From: Antedon mediterranea
Taxonomy: Eukaryota; Animalia; Echinodermata
Direction of reading: 5' to 3'
DNA length: 64,000 nt
NCBI RefSeq assembly: GCF_964355755.1
Contig: NC_092670.1
Location: 37,560,388 to 37,624,387 of the forward strand
In this document: positions 38,555 to 50,982 of the stretch, piece by piece
Position numbering within the stretch: position 1 is the first letter of the stretch
Layout: each line of letters opens with the position of its first letter
Made by a program: the position numbers and the translations under genes
Notes under the pieces: generated by a model
Databases searched by the model: none
What the model was told of the DNA's origin: nothing
The model's input: the letters and a program-made list of their open reading frames with translations, nothing else

Positions 38555-39734
38555 CATAAGAATCCCTGGTTCAAATCCTGAACAAAATACAAAAATTTAA
38601 ATTCTATTCAACTTAAAGTCCGGAGTATACCATAGTCATTTGTCTAGTTACAATAAGATTGAGCTTTTCTTTATAAGTACTTCTATGAATAGATGTTCTG
38701 TTGAGTGCAGGAACGCTAGTTGATCATACCCAGTACCATTTTGATCGTGCGATTATTCCTCACATAAAAAATAGATTGGTAATATCATAAAGTTAGTATA
38801 ACCTCCGCTCCAGATAATGTTTAGTAGATTTAGTAAATAATGATTTATGTAAAAGTGAGAATTGTTCCATCATACCTACTGTACTATGCAGTACGTTTAG
38901 TAGGAAAGAAAAGTCTGCTAATAGGAACAGGTCTCTAAAATGGATATCAAACGGAATAGTAAGGGAGTTTGACTTTATAAAGTTGGGTCAACATTTTGTA
39001 ACCGTTTAAAACATCACTATACAGTATTAATTATTGCTGAAAAGAAAAAATACTGGGCAGAATGGTCTCTTTTTGTTTGGGCAACTATATATTTACTGAT
39101 ATAGTATTTTTCTTCGGACGTTCTATACCAGCTAAAATAATCTTCTTTTGTGACCTGGAGACTATTAAAAATTAGAGAAAAAAGAAGAAAGGTCAAACCT
39201 GACTGCTTTAACATTCATAAAGTCACTGAAGCGTTCATGCCTAAATCCGTCATTAGGGAAAATAGAACAAAAGTTACTGTTATATAATGTTTTTATACAT
39301 TCAAAAAGTTTATAGCTGAATGCATCGGTGGACGGATAAAAGTATGATTATATTTTACAAGGTTACATCAATAAATATGAAAGTTTGCAAGATATTTCTA
39401 ATTTTAATAGGTTTAAGGATTGGAAATGTACAGTATAACTATATACCGTAGCCAAGAATGCCAAACAGGCTTAAGACAGTTAACCTTTGACATTAGTCTT
39501 GTCAATGATTTACCTGTTGTACAGTACAGTTGTATACTAACTTTTACTGGGGGTGTTATTGCATTAACACACACCCACATAGCAATGGATACTTTATACT
39601 CTACTCTAGCTAATTAAATAATGGCACAACAATTTCACAGAAAATACTGTATGATATACAATAGTAAAAAACTAAATATCTTGAATAATTCAGTTATAGT
39701 GTTAGTATAGTATTTTAATTTAGTATTTCTAATC

Positions 39735-40790
39735 CTACCCCGTCTCCTACCCAGTCACCTCCTACCCCGTCACCTCCTCCTTCCTCTCTTCCTTTAGCTC
39801 ATCCTTCTCCCTTCAACTTATCCCTCTCCCTTCAGCTTATCCCTCTCCCTTCAGCTTATCAGCTTATCCCTCTTTCCTCAGCTTATCCCTCTTTCTTCAG
39901 CTTATCCCTCTCCCTTCAGCTTATCCCTCTCCCTTCAGCTTATCCCTCTCCCTTCAACTTATCCCTCTCCTTTCAGCTTATACCTCTCCCTTCAGCTTAT
40001 CCCTCTCCCTTCAGCTTATCCCTCTTCCTTTAGCTTATCCCTCTCCCTTCAGTTTATCCCTCTCACTTCAACTTATCCCTCTTCCTTCAGCTTATACCTC
40101 TCCCTTCATCGTATCCTTCTTCCTCCAGCTGATCCCTCTTCCTTCAACTTATCCCTCTCCCTTCAGCTTATCCCTCTACTTTCAGCTTATCATTCTTCCT
40201 CCAGCTGATCCTTCTTCCTTTAGCTTATTCCTCTTCCTTCAGCTTATCCCTCTCCCTTCAGCTTATCCCTCTCCCTTCAGCTTATCCCTCTCCCTTCAGC
40301 TTATCCCTCTCTATTCAGCTTATCCCTCTCTCTTCAGCTTATCCCTCTCTCTTCAGCTTATCCCTCTCCCCAGCTTATCCCTCTCCCTTCAGCTTATCCC
40401 TCTCCCTTCAGCTTATCCCTCTCCCTTAATTTTATCCCTCTCCCTTAATTTTATCCCTCTTCCTTCAGCTTATCCATCTCCCTTCGGCGTATTCCTCTTC
40501 CTTCATCTTATCCCTCTCCCTTTAGCTTATCCCTCTTCCTTCATTTTATCCCTTTTCCTTCACCTTATCCCTCTTCCTTCAGCTTATCCCTCTCTCTTCA
40601 GCTTATCCCTCTCCCTTCAGCTTATACCTCTCCCTTCATTTTATCCCTCTTCCTTCAGCTTATACCTCTCCCTTCATTTTATCCCTCTTCCTTCAGCTTA
40701 TCCCTCTACCTTCAGCTTATCCATCTTCCTTTAACTCATCCCTCTCCCTTCAACTTATCTCTCTACATTCAGCTTATCCTTCTCCCTATT
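39735..40790. repeat. ~1-kb pyrimidine-rich 19-bp satellite
   Basis: Unit TTCAGCTTATCCCTCTCCC, roughly 50 units. Confidence 0.95.
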
Positions 40791-41892
40791 TTAAAGTGTG
40801 GATCAATCACAACTTTCCAAAATACAAAGCTAGGTCTATGTAAACTAGGTTCAATTTTAACCTTTCAAATTATCAACCAAGCAACCATTACTAAACATAT
40901 GCCACTGTTACAAGGTTGCCTAATGAAATGGAACATACCAAGACAGACCCAGGAGATGATAATGTTTAAGGAAGTGAACCGTATGTAAAGTAATGAGGGT
41001 CGCAGATGGACATGGATACATTGCTTTAAAATTGATCCTAAATAAAATGGAATAAAAGATAAAGAGGAATTAAAAGATATAAATTCAGTTGTTAAGTAGC
41101 GGTATAGCTAAGCTTTGTTTTATATTTAAACAATAGACGTACACTTAAAGTATAGAGAGTTCAGTAACTGATGAAGGATTGGAACCAACCTAATTTGAAG
41201 ACATACAGTACAGTATGCAAATCAGTGTGATCACCTGTATTCTAGCACCTGATACTGTATTTAGATGCCTCCAGTATCATAGTTTTACCATACTACAGTA
41301 GTATTTAATAGACCTTCCATGATACAGGCACCATATGTGATGCTGTATTATGGAATTTTCTTATGATACTTGGCAAACATTGTCATATGTGGAGATACAA
41401 CACAACACTGGGAATTGGGTCATTCTAGTTGGGTAAAGATATTCCTGTACTGCAAATGAAAGTTTTCAATTTCAATCAGATATTTTTTCTGAAAGCAATC
41501 AAAAGTCATAATAAACCAGTATTGGGCCATCTCTGTACGAGGCACCAGTTCCTGTTCTCTGGAACAATGTACATTTTTGTAAACCTGGATTTCTCGTTTT
41601 CTTTTAAATCTACAGTGCCTACCATAGGTAATATAAAGTAGAATGATTAAACTATGCAACTAAAATTTGACCTACTATGGAATGTGTATTTAATATGATT
41701 TTGAGGCATATTAAAGGAGATTTGTAATTATGTTACCAGAGATTAAAATGAGGTGGGCATGGGTAGGTTCAACACCCAACTACAATTTTGCACTCATTAT
41801 TACTAGGCACTTGTATCATGTATGTGCAATACTGGAGCAGCCCAGGACCCAATCGTGAACAAAGTATCATTCCCAAGGAGTTGTCAAATATT

Positions 41893-42391
41893 AGAGAGGT
41901 TTCGCAATCTTACGAATACGATAACGAAAACGGATACGTCACGCACACGTATTCGTTTTCGTAAGCCATAAAAAAATCTGTTTCGCATGGCAACGAAATA
42001 TTGAGGCGCGTCCAAAATATGACTGCGGTAAATTTGAGCGAAGCGCAGGTACGTGTTGCTTGGTGCTTGGCTGCCTAGGCCTAGCGTAACATCAAAGCGA
42101 GTGAGGACTTTAAAAACTGCTATTTATCAAAATTGACTTGGCATTTTAGTAAATTACTTTAGTAAATTACTTTCAATAAATCTATAATTATATTATAATC
42201 ATGAATCATTCCTGCAAAATGTGCAAAATAGATCAAAACCTATAGTCGTTTTGTAGTTACGAATATGACTGGTGATATTCGTCAACACGAATACGGTTTA
42301 CGAATATGAAATGGGGATCAGCTCAAAAGTTTCTCAAATGTGTGACGTATTTGTTTTCGTTATCGTATTCGTAAGGTTGCGAAACCTCTCT
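41893..42391. mobile_element. ~500-bp MITE with ~55-bp TIRs, PHIS (Harbinger/ISL2EU/Pangu)-like
   Basis: ATT|AGAGAGGTTTCGCAATCTTACGAATACGATAACGAAAAC ... GTTTTCGTTATCGTATTCGTAAGGTTGCGAAACCTCTCT|ATT. Confidence 0.78.
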
Positions 42392-45300
42392 ATTATATTT
42401 AACCTCTAAGCAGGCAATATCTAAGTGTAAATAGGGTCAAAGTGTTCACTCATATTACGGGATGAGATTGAACTTAAGCATGGGATTATACTGTACTCGT
42501 CCATGGCATTATACTGTACAAATACGGTAATCTTAGTAACCATTAATTAAAATAATGAGGAAGGTACTTGAAGAACATAAAAAACCCTGTTTTACAAATA
42601 TTCTGTAACATATACAACATGTATGTATTGTAATGTTATCTCAAACTAAGTGTAGTCTGATAATGAGATTTAAAATTTTAAGTATATTTTTGTAATGGAC
42701 GTGTCTACAGTTGTGTAATAATAGATAATGATCATGTCTACACTTTGGTATAATTCTATGTAAGACAGCATATTAATGATAAAGTCTATCGTTAAAGCGT
42801 ACTGTAGTAATGTATATTTCTGGTAAATCAGACATCTGTATCCATAACCATTAGTAACCATTAAATCATGTTTTGACTTGACGCAAAGTAGCGCTTTATA
42901 ATTATGACTTTAATATTTACATGTCCTAATAAAGGCATTTCTCAATGAATACGGTAAGTATTATCATTTACTGTGTTTTAACATACATTCCAGCATTTTT
43001 TCAAATATTTGATTTTTATGTTAAATGAACATGTCCTTGAAAACTTTACTTAATATTTGTCTACACTATCAAACTTTATGTGACACAAACATTTAATGTG
43101 CCTTTATATGGACATGATAATGTCATATCACTACCACATTTGGGAATATCACTGCCATATTTGGGCACTAAATAAAAACCGGTAGACATATGGTTGGTAC
43201 CCAAAATTACCATCGTTTTCAATACTGTACCGTAGCAGCAGACAACTCATTTGATAACTTTAATTAAATTGGGTCAGTTTAATTAAAAGAATACCGTCTT
43301 TTATTGAAATGAGTACTTTTTCACTAATTATTTCATTGTTTTCATAAATTTATTTCCGGTCCACAAGCTCCGCAATTTGAAAGACAAACGAGACTGATTT
43401 AATTTCTGCAAATCCTCTTCTATATTTTCATTGTTATTTTGTAAAAACCTATTGTAATGCACTCCAGGTTTTGTACTTTTAAAATACTGTATCTGAAACC
43501 ACAATACAAACGCTGGAACTGTACAGTAGTATCATTTATACACTTGGATGATTTCTGAAGGCCAATTTATTGCTCACAAAAGATAGTAGCTTTTTCAGAT
43601 CATTTGACTCGTTCAGTTTGTCATGACAAGTCTTTACTAAACTTCCTGACGATCAGGGAGTAGATTTTTAAAAAGCTTCATTTGTTGTAAATAATCAAAC
43701 ATCATTTTGGATATTTCTGCTATTTCTTTATTGGATTTTATACTACTAAATGGATTTTATGTGTAATATAAATTAGGTGGATTAACTTCAGCTCATTGTA
43801 AGTAACCATGTCTATTATTTGTCAAAATTGTGAAGAATTTCTCGACTTTCAAATTTTACAATATGGTGCTTCAACGCTGTTCAAATCTAAACTACCACTT
43901 AGCTTATTGACTAGCTTGGTAATTAGTAAGAATACCGTATATTTATCTGTACTAAACATTATCAATATGGATTTCTTTTTATTTTTTACAAATGAAAATA
44001 TAATGTAGCAGTATCTCTCCATTAATTTTTTTAAATGTTTTGCTGTTGTTTTGTGTATTAGTACTGTAGTCTATCAAATACACAGGGAATATAGGGATAC
44101 AGTAGATGAGTAGGGGAAAAAGTAGCTAGTACAGTTTTTAGCTAGTTGGAAGCTGCAATAGTATTTGTAGCTAGGTACACAAACTTAAGAATTAAATCCT
44201 TTATATAATACTATCAGAGACCATTAGATTCAGTAGACTGTATACTTCATTCATATTTTATGCAGTACAGTAGATAGGCCTGTAGCTCTCTATGCTGCAC
44301 AAATTATCACCTCTCTTTGTTTGTTAAGATAAAAATGTTCTAATTATTATAGATGTGTTACCATGTTTAAAAATTTATGTTAATGATCACAAACAACTAA
44401 ATATTATTATGGGAATATAAACTTAAAAATTCAGCTGTATGTTATGTCACACTTAGCCCGTGGGCCTGTTTATTTTGACAGATTAAACACTTTGATTGAG
44501 TGATTCGTTAATAGAAATTGAAAACTGGCGTTTAATCCTGTTTCAAGCCTGTAGGCAAAGTTCTATCAAAGGGCAAGAATCATAATTTGCATTATCAACG
44601 TAGTTTAATAATATACTAGTATATATTGTCGTTATACTTGTCTGGGTTAAGCTCAATTGTACTTAACTTGAATAGGTAGTTCAACTTACAGCATTAAATA
44701 ATGGAACAGATTTTTACCAAATTGATTTGGTTATAATTCAATAAGAGTTATTTTCAAGAAAAGTGTATTTTATTTTTGCAAAAGGCTGTTGTTCCCACCA
44801 AAACAATCACACTGTGTGAATCTCAGGGGTGATTACTGTTCTTTTGACCCACATTAATCTGATTTTTTGCAAAAATTAAAATCTATAATGTATTTTTATA
44901 AAGGATAAATATAGCATTATGTGCTTGAATACTACATTATTACTTTCAAGTTTCAGTCAAAGCTCCACACTATCAGACTAGTTTGCCAAAAAAGTATCCA
45001 AATATGGTAGTGATATGCCCAAATATGGTAGTGATGTGACATCATCATGTCCATATAGGGGCACATCACAAGTATGATTTAAAATCCACCATAAAAGAAG
45101 TGAATAAATGGTGACAACTTGTAAAATAGTATTTTTTAACTGACATATTGATTCATTCAGAAATTAATACTTTTCCTGTAATTTTTTCTGTGTTTGTAAG
45201 TGAAACATGTCTGCATAGAAAGTGCACTTTAATAACATGAGACTTTGTGCATAAATTGATTGTCAAATCAATAATAAGTATCATCTCAATTAAATGCAGT

Positions 45301-46370
45301 AGGAAATATTTAAGTCTAGAAATGTTTGAGCTGTGTTTAAATTTCGAAAGGTTAAAGACTACAATTAAAGAGACCGGCCTTCTTTTAAAAATCAGTTATC
45401 AAGCGTAATGTGGGAATTATTAACCTGTTTCTGCTGAAAAGAAATTGAGTGTGTAAATAATTATCTCCATTTTTTTGTTAGTAGCAGAAACAGGACCAAT
45501 TGCAAATGACAAGAAATAAAAATCTGAAATGTTTTTGAATGTATTTAAAATCGGCATTTATTACATAATACTATTATGTTTTAAATGCCGATTTTTTAGC
45601 TAAGAAATGAAAATTACTATTAAATAAAATTTTGTTACCAAGAAAATTTATTTTTATTGAAATTCTTTCTGTTGATTATTTGAAAATATCTGTTTAATAA
45701 TAATTATTTTCCTAACTAACTAAAATTAGAATAAAAACATTTGTTGGCTGTGTTTAATTCGGCAAAATCACATTGAGTTTAATAGCTTAATAAACATTGG
45801 CGTTTAATAGTGTGATTAGGATAATAAACCTGTACAGTATCCAAACATGCCGGTTTTAGTACATTACTCGGTAAAATAATCTCTGTATTATATGTATTGC
45901 CTTGCAGTTGTATACGTTTTATTTAGCATTGATCTATACTAACACACTGTGGCATATTCAGCATTTAAACAATTGTATTATTATTTTTATTGATTTCACT
46001 AATTCATAAAGCTACTGTAGTACTGTACTGTGTTATGATACATGATATTTGGCTACGCTTTGAAGATTTTGTGTACAATAGGTCTTTACATTTCTATTGT
46101 TAGAATAAAAATGTTAAACCCAGAGTCGAAATGTTAAACCCTGTATTTCTCTTTGCACTAATACACAATGTAAGGAATATTTTAGTTGTTCTGTATACAA
46201 ATTACAAATCCTCTAATAATACATTGTATGACAGTCAAGGATATTCACTGAATGTCTGCCCTGAACGTTTCACTGATACCATACAGTAATTGAAAGACTA
46301 TTGGAAAACATTACCTATAAAACGTGACTATACAGAAGAATATTTACATTCAGAAATTAGGTTGAATAGT

Positions 46371-47627
46371 CAGGGGCGGATCCAGGATTTAGAAATAGGG
46401 GGGGGGGCGTAGCTTTGCGAGCGAAGCGAGCAAACATTGGCTGGGGGCCAGGGGGCCGCCAAGGGCGTTCTAGCGCATTGTAAGTCGTTTAAAACGATTT
46501 ACAAACAATTCATAATGTCATTTACCAAACACTCTAAAGCTCGCAAATTACGACATGTGGAACATGCAGCTGATACTTCCATAGGGTACCAAAGCAAGAT
46601 AACAACTTGCCTGTACTTTACATCTAAATTTTTACAACGCGACGATGTTTTTCAGCTTTTATATAAGCATAAACTTGTCCTAACCTAGGCCGGTATTATT
46701 TTCTTACACGCGCGCCGGGTCGATCGCGGTGACTACTTCTTCGCATCCATCATCCATGCAGCTAAAGTAAAATGACGTCACGTTAAAGCGGGTCGTCACA
46801 GAGTCTCATGCATATTAATGAAGCAAACTTGCTGAGAGTGTTTTCCACCACCACGCAACAAATGCGACGCGAGATTTATCGAAACTCCGAGCCATCGACT
46901 GACGATCATGTTTTTGACAATTAAAATCACGGCATATTCAACGACCTGGTTTAAACGATGGTTTAAAAATTAGCGGTCCGGCTCGATCATCATTACATTA
47001 TATTTAGTGATTTGAAAAAAACAAAACACCCTTTTTGTCATCGCGATTTGTTTATGAGAATCATCGACGGAAAAGCAAATAAAACACTACAAGGGTCATG
47101 AAATTCTGCATGCAGCATTGTTAATATTTTAATAGTAATATGTTTTAATAAAATATAGGCCTAACGGGATAATTTTCATAGGCACTACAGTCCTAGCCTT
47201 TGTTTTTATTGTATTCAATAAATGGGCGCGTAGTGTAGCACTGACCATGTGACTTCATAAACTCTATTGATCGTCGGAGGTACGTACCGCTACTCTACAA
47301 TACGGGAGTGACGATCACAAAGGATGCCGACCTGCTTAGTAAAACGCGACCAAGCTCACCACGTGGCTTTTATCAACTTGCTCCTTTTAGTTTTACACTT
47401 AACTGTGAATGATCGTTGGTAACGCTAGAGATTGATAGTACACAAAGGATGTCGACGTACATGCTTGGTGAAATGCGATCAAGCTGACGATGTGCTCCGA
47501 CGTACTATTTTCACTATGAAAATGATACGTGTTTTTAAAATCTATTTAATTTAAAAAAAAAAAAAAAATCTTTAAAAAATAGGGGGGGCGTACGCCCCAC
47601 ACGCCCCCCCCGCTAGATCCGCCACTG
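46371..47627. mobile_element. 1.26-kb non-autonomous hAT-like element with 5-bp TSD, copy 2
   Basis: ATAGT|CAGGGGCGGATCCAG ... CTAGATCCGCCACTG|ATAGT. Confidence 0.88.
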
Positions 47628-49049
47628 ATAGTTTATTCAGATCATAATAAACGATAAATAATATTAAGTCTTTCCTCTTTTTCTCACAATAGTAAACTTT
47701 GAATGTAGGACATTTGTTTACAAGCAATGTTTTTATTCATTTCAATTCAATTTCAAACAGAGAGAAAATTGTTTTTTTTATTATCATTAGTAATTCTGTC
47801 CTTCAAAGTCTTGATTACATCCGTACAAAGGATGCATCACCAACTCATTCAATTGTTTTAGATTTGAAAATAATATTTTCATATTTACTCATTTGTTATT
47901 TTACTGTACAATTCTAATACATGTGTGTTTTTATATAACAGTTATTGAGATCAGAGAGATAATAGGGTGTTACTATTATGATTTCATTTCTTCTAATTTT
48001 CATTTTATTGGAATATATCCATATACAGTAGTACTGTAAACTAACTACATGGTATATAGGATAATTTGTGATACAGAATGGTTGTGAATACTTTGCAACA
48101 TCCTTCAAACAAATGAAAAAGGTAAAACTTCCTTAATTTTTGGAAGTAAATAATAAAACTACCATTATCCAATTTCAACGAAAAAGCTTTGCAGTCGATC
48201 ATGATAGATACCATTAGGAAATAAGCCAAGTGCAAATGCAAGGCAGCAAACAAATTAGCTATTTGAGCTATTACGAAAGAACTCGTTAATACCCCTGTAT
48301 TAGTGAGATGTCCTGTGTCTGTCCTCATTACAATCATCCTTACAGATTTAGCTATTGCTTAGTCACAATTGTCGTTTGTGATTGTGTCAACTTTTACATA
48401 AGACTTGTTGGTATATCATAACTTTTTATGGTTTCCGAGGCAAATTACTGAAAAAATAACAATGTTGTGGATATCATCAGTGACTGGATCTCAATTGATG
48501 TATTTTTCTTTGTTATTTTATTGTCTTAATTATGGCAAGCCAAACAAATTTCCATTTTAGTGGACCAATAAAATGTTTGAATAACTAAATTGAGCAAAAA
48601 GCTGAATAAAAAAGTAAAACAGCCAGAAAGAAAATGCCAACATTTTGGAAAACAATATTTTTTTCATCAAGGCTGTGGTTTTAATATTGTACCGTAGGTG
48701 AGAAATATAATATTGATTTCACCATCATATGCAGAAAACTGGCGTAGTTGAGTTTTATAATGTTCAAATCTGAGGAAACTATTTGTCCTCACATTATGAT
48801 CATTTTTAACCTAAAAAAACTCATCTCACCAGTTGCAGACAAATCGATGTGTTAACTGTTATGGTAGCTTAACTGCAACTACATGGTCAATATGTGTTTA
48901 TATCAAAGCTATCATGCCTCCATGGTGTGTAAGTTGACCTCCAGTGACAAAATATGGGTCAATCATGGATTTCAGAAGCTGACTTCGGACTCATCATGAA
49001 TGTATTTCATTACACAATTCACTGGACATTCTCGGACTTTAACTAATTA

Positions 49050-49440
49050 AAATCCATTCCAGAAATCCTAGTATTCTGAAATTTTTTTTCAAGATAAATC
49101 TGGTTTCGGGGAAGTTTTCCGTTTTAAAAGAATTGGAAGATTCAACTATACTTCTTTCTATATTCCAGTTTATTATTTTAATTAAATTATTTGAACTGTA
49201 GACTATTATACTGTAGTGTGTTCATATTTTAAGCAGAGTGTATTTCCACTTTATTGAATACATGCTCCCATTGCTGGAGGACATCCCTGAAATTCTAGTA
49301 TTCCGAATGTGTCAAGAAAAAGTTTCAGGAAAGTTTTCAGGTTTCAAAGAATTGTGAGATTCAACTGTATTCAAATTTATTATTTAAATTTAAACTGATA
49401 GACTATAGTGTTCATCTTTTTAAAACAGTGTATTGCAATT
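49050..49440. repeat. Old diverged tandem duplication (~190-bp unit)
   Basis: GAAATCCTAGTATTCTGAA...AAAGAATTGGAAGATTCAACT...TAGACTAT...GTGTTCAT...GTGTATT recurs at 49270-49435. Confidence 0.6.
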
Positions 49441-50426
49441 TTTAATTGATTAGCCTGTAAATTCCAGTCTTGGACATAGACTTTTATTAATAATGGATAT
49501 TGATATTTCTTCTTGTGTTTTTATTGGAATCTGCATTCAATGAATAGTTACCAAACAAATGGACAATATAATCATAAAAACTTGCTTCCTAAATAGACAC
49601 AGGTGAGCACTGATAATCTAGGATTATTTACTTTTACCTGGAAAAGGGTCAAGGGTGAATCTATCAACTCTATCAAAACCTCATCATCTATATGATTTTC
49701 GATCTTTTGAATGTGGCGTCTGTACACTCTTAACTAAAGACCTTAATTCTATTATAAGATACAGCCTTTATTGCATTTTACTCTGTCCTGTTTGATTTTA
49801 ATTAGATTACAATAACAACAACAAAAGAAGTTCTTTAGGGACAATTTGACTTGAATACCGTGATTCGTTTATGTGATCTTTATAATATAATTTCCATAGA
49901 TGCATTGGTTAATGTTATATAGTAGACTGGTTTGAATTAAAGTTGTTGTATACTGTTAATAGCAGCAGATAGTTTCTAATTTTAGATACCATACTAGTTA
50001 TATTGAATTCTGCATGCAATGTCAATAAGATCGATACATCTAACCTACATTACTACTACGATGTTCTTCGTTAGTGTCCCTAATGAATTGAATCCTATCT
50101 AAGCAGAGACATGTAAAGATCAACTTGGATTGTTTTAAACATTACTTCACCGGAATAAGCTGATGGAAAATTCTCAGTATTATAAGGCTATAAAGCTCTG
50201 TCTACACTATTAAACAAAAAGTGAGATGTGCTCAATTATGGTAGTGATATGCCCAAATATGGTAGTGACATGACATCATCTTGTCGATATATGGTCACAT
50301 CACATTAAAGTTTGACAGTGTAGACATAGCTGCTTTCAATGGAAAGATTCAGATTAAGTTTGAACTAAAATGGAATAAATTTAGATCCAAATAATCTTCA
50401 AACAGAATTATATATTTTTCTTTCAG

Positions 50427-50598
50427 GAACCGGGACATCGGAAAGTATACCCAAATTGGAAAGGTCCACGTAAGGTCACAGTTCATAGGAATTCCAGCGG
50501 TTTTGGATTTACTCTTCGACATTTCATTGTATACCCACCAGAATCGGCAGTAGATGAGCTTCGAAATCAAGAGTTATCACTTTTGGGACATGGGGAAG
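50427..50598 (+). CDS. ARHGAP21: ARHGAP21/23 exon, PDZ N-terminal half
   Basis: tttcag|GAACCG...GGGAAG|gtaagc; [31 protein letters not shown] is the ARHGAP21/23 PDZ signature. Confidence 0.92.
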
Positions 50599-50670
50599 GT
50601 AAGCAGAGATTATATTTCTTTAAATTAAGATTTGGTATTAAAGGAATAATGTCAAAATGGGTCTATTGTA

Positions 50671-50982
50671 TAGTTTACTGCAGTAACTACATGTTTTTTT
50701 ACTACATTAATGTATGATTTAGTTTTACTGCAGTAACTACATGTTTTTTTACTACATTAATGTATGATTTAGTTTTTTTACTGCAGTAACTACATGTTTT
50801 TTTACTACATTAATGTATGATTTAGTTTTACTGCAGTAACTACATGTTTTTTTACTACATTAATGTATGATTTAGTTTTACTGCAGTAACTACATGTTTT
50901 TTTACTACATTAATGTATGATTTAGTTTTACTGCAGTAACTACATGTTTTTTTACTACATTAATGTATGATTTAGTTTTTTT
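50671..50982. repeat. 50-bp tandem repeat, 6 units
   Basis: TTTTACTGCAGTAACTACATGTTTTTTTACTACATTAATGTATGATTTAG. Confidence 0.95.
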
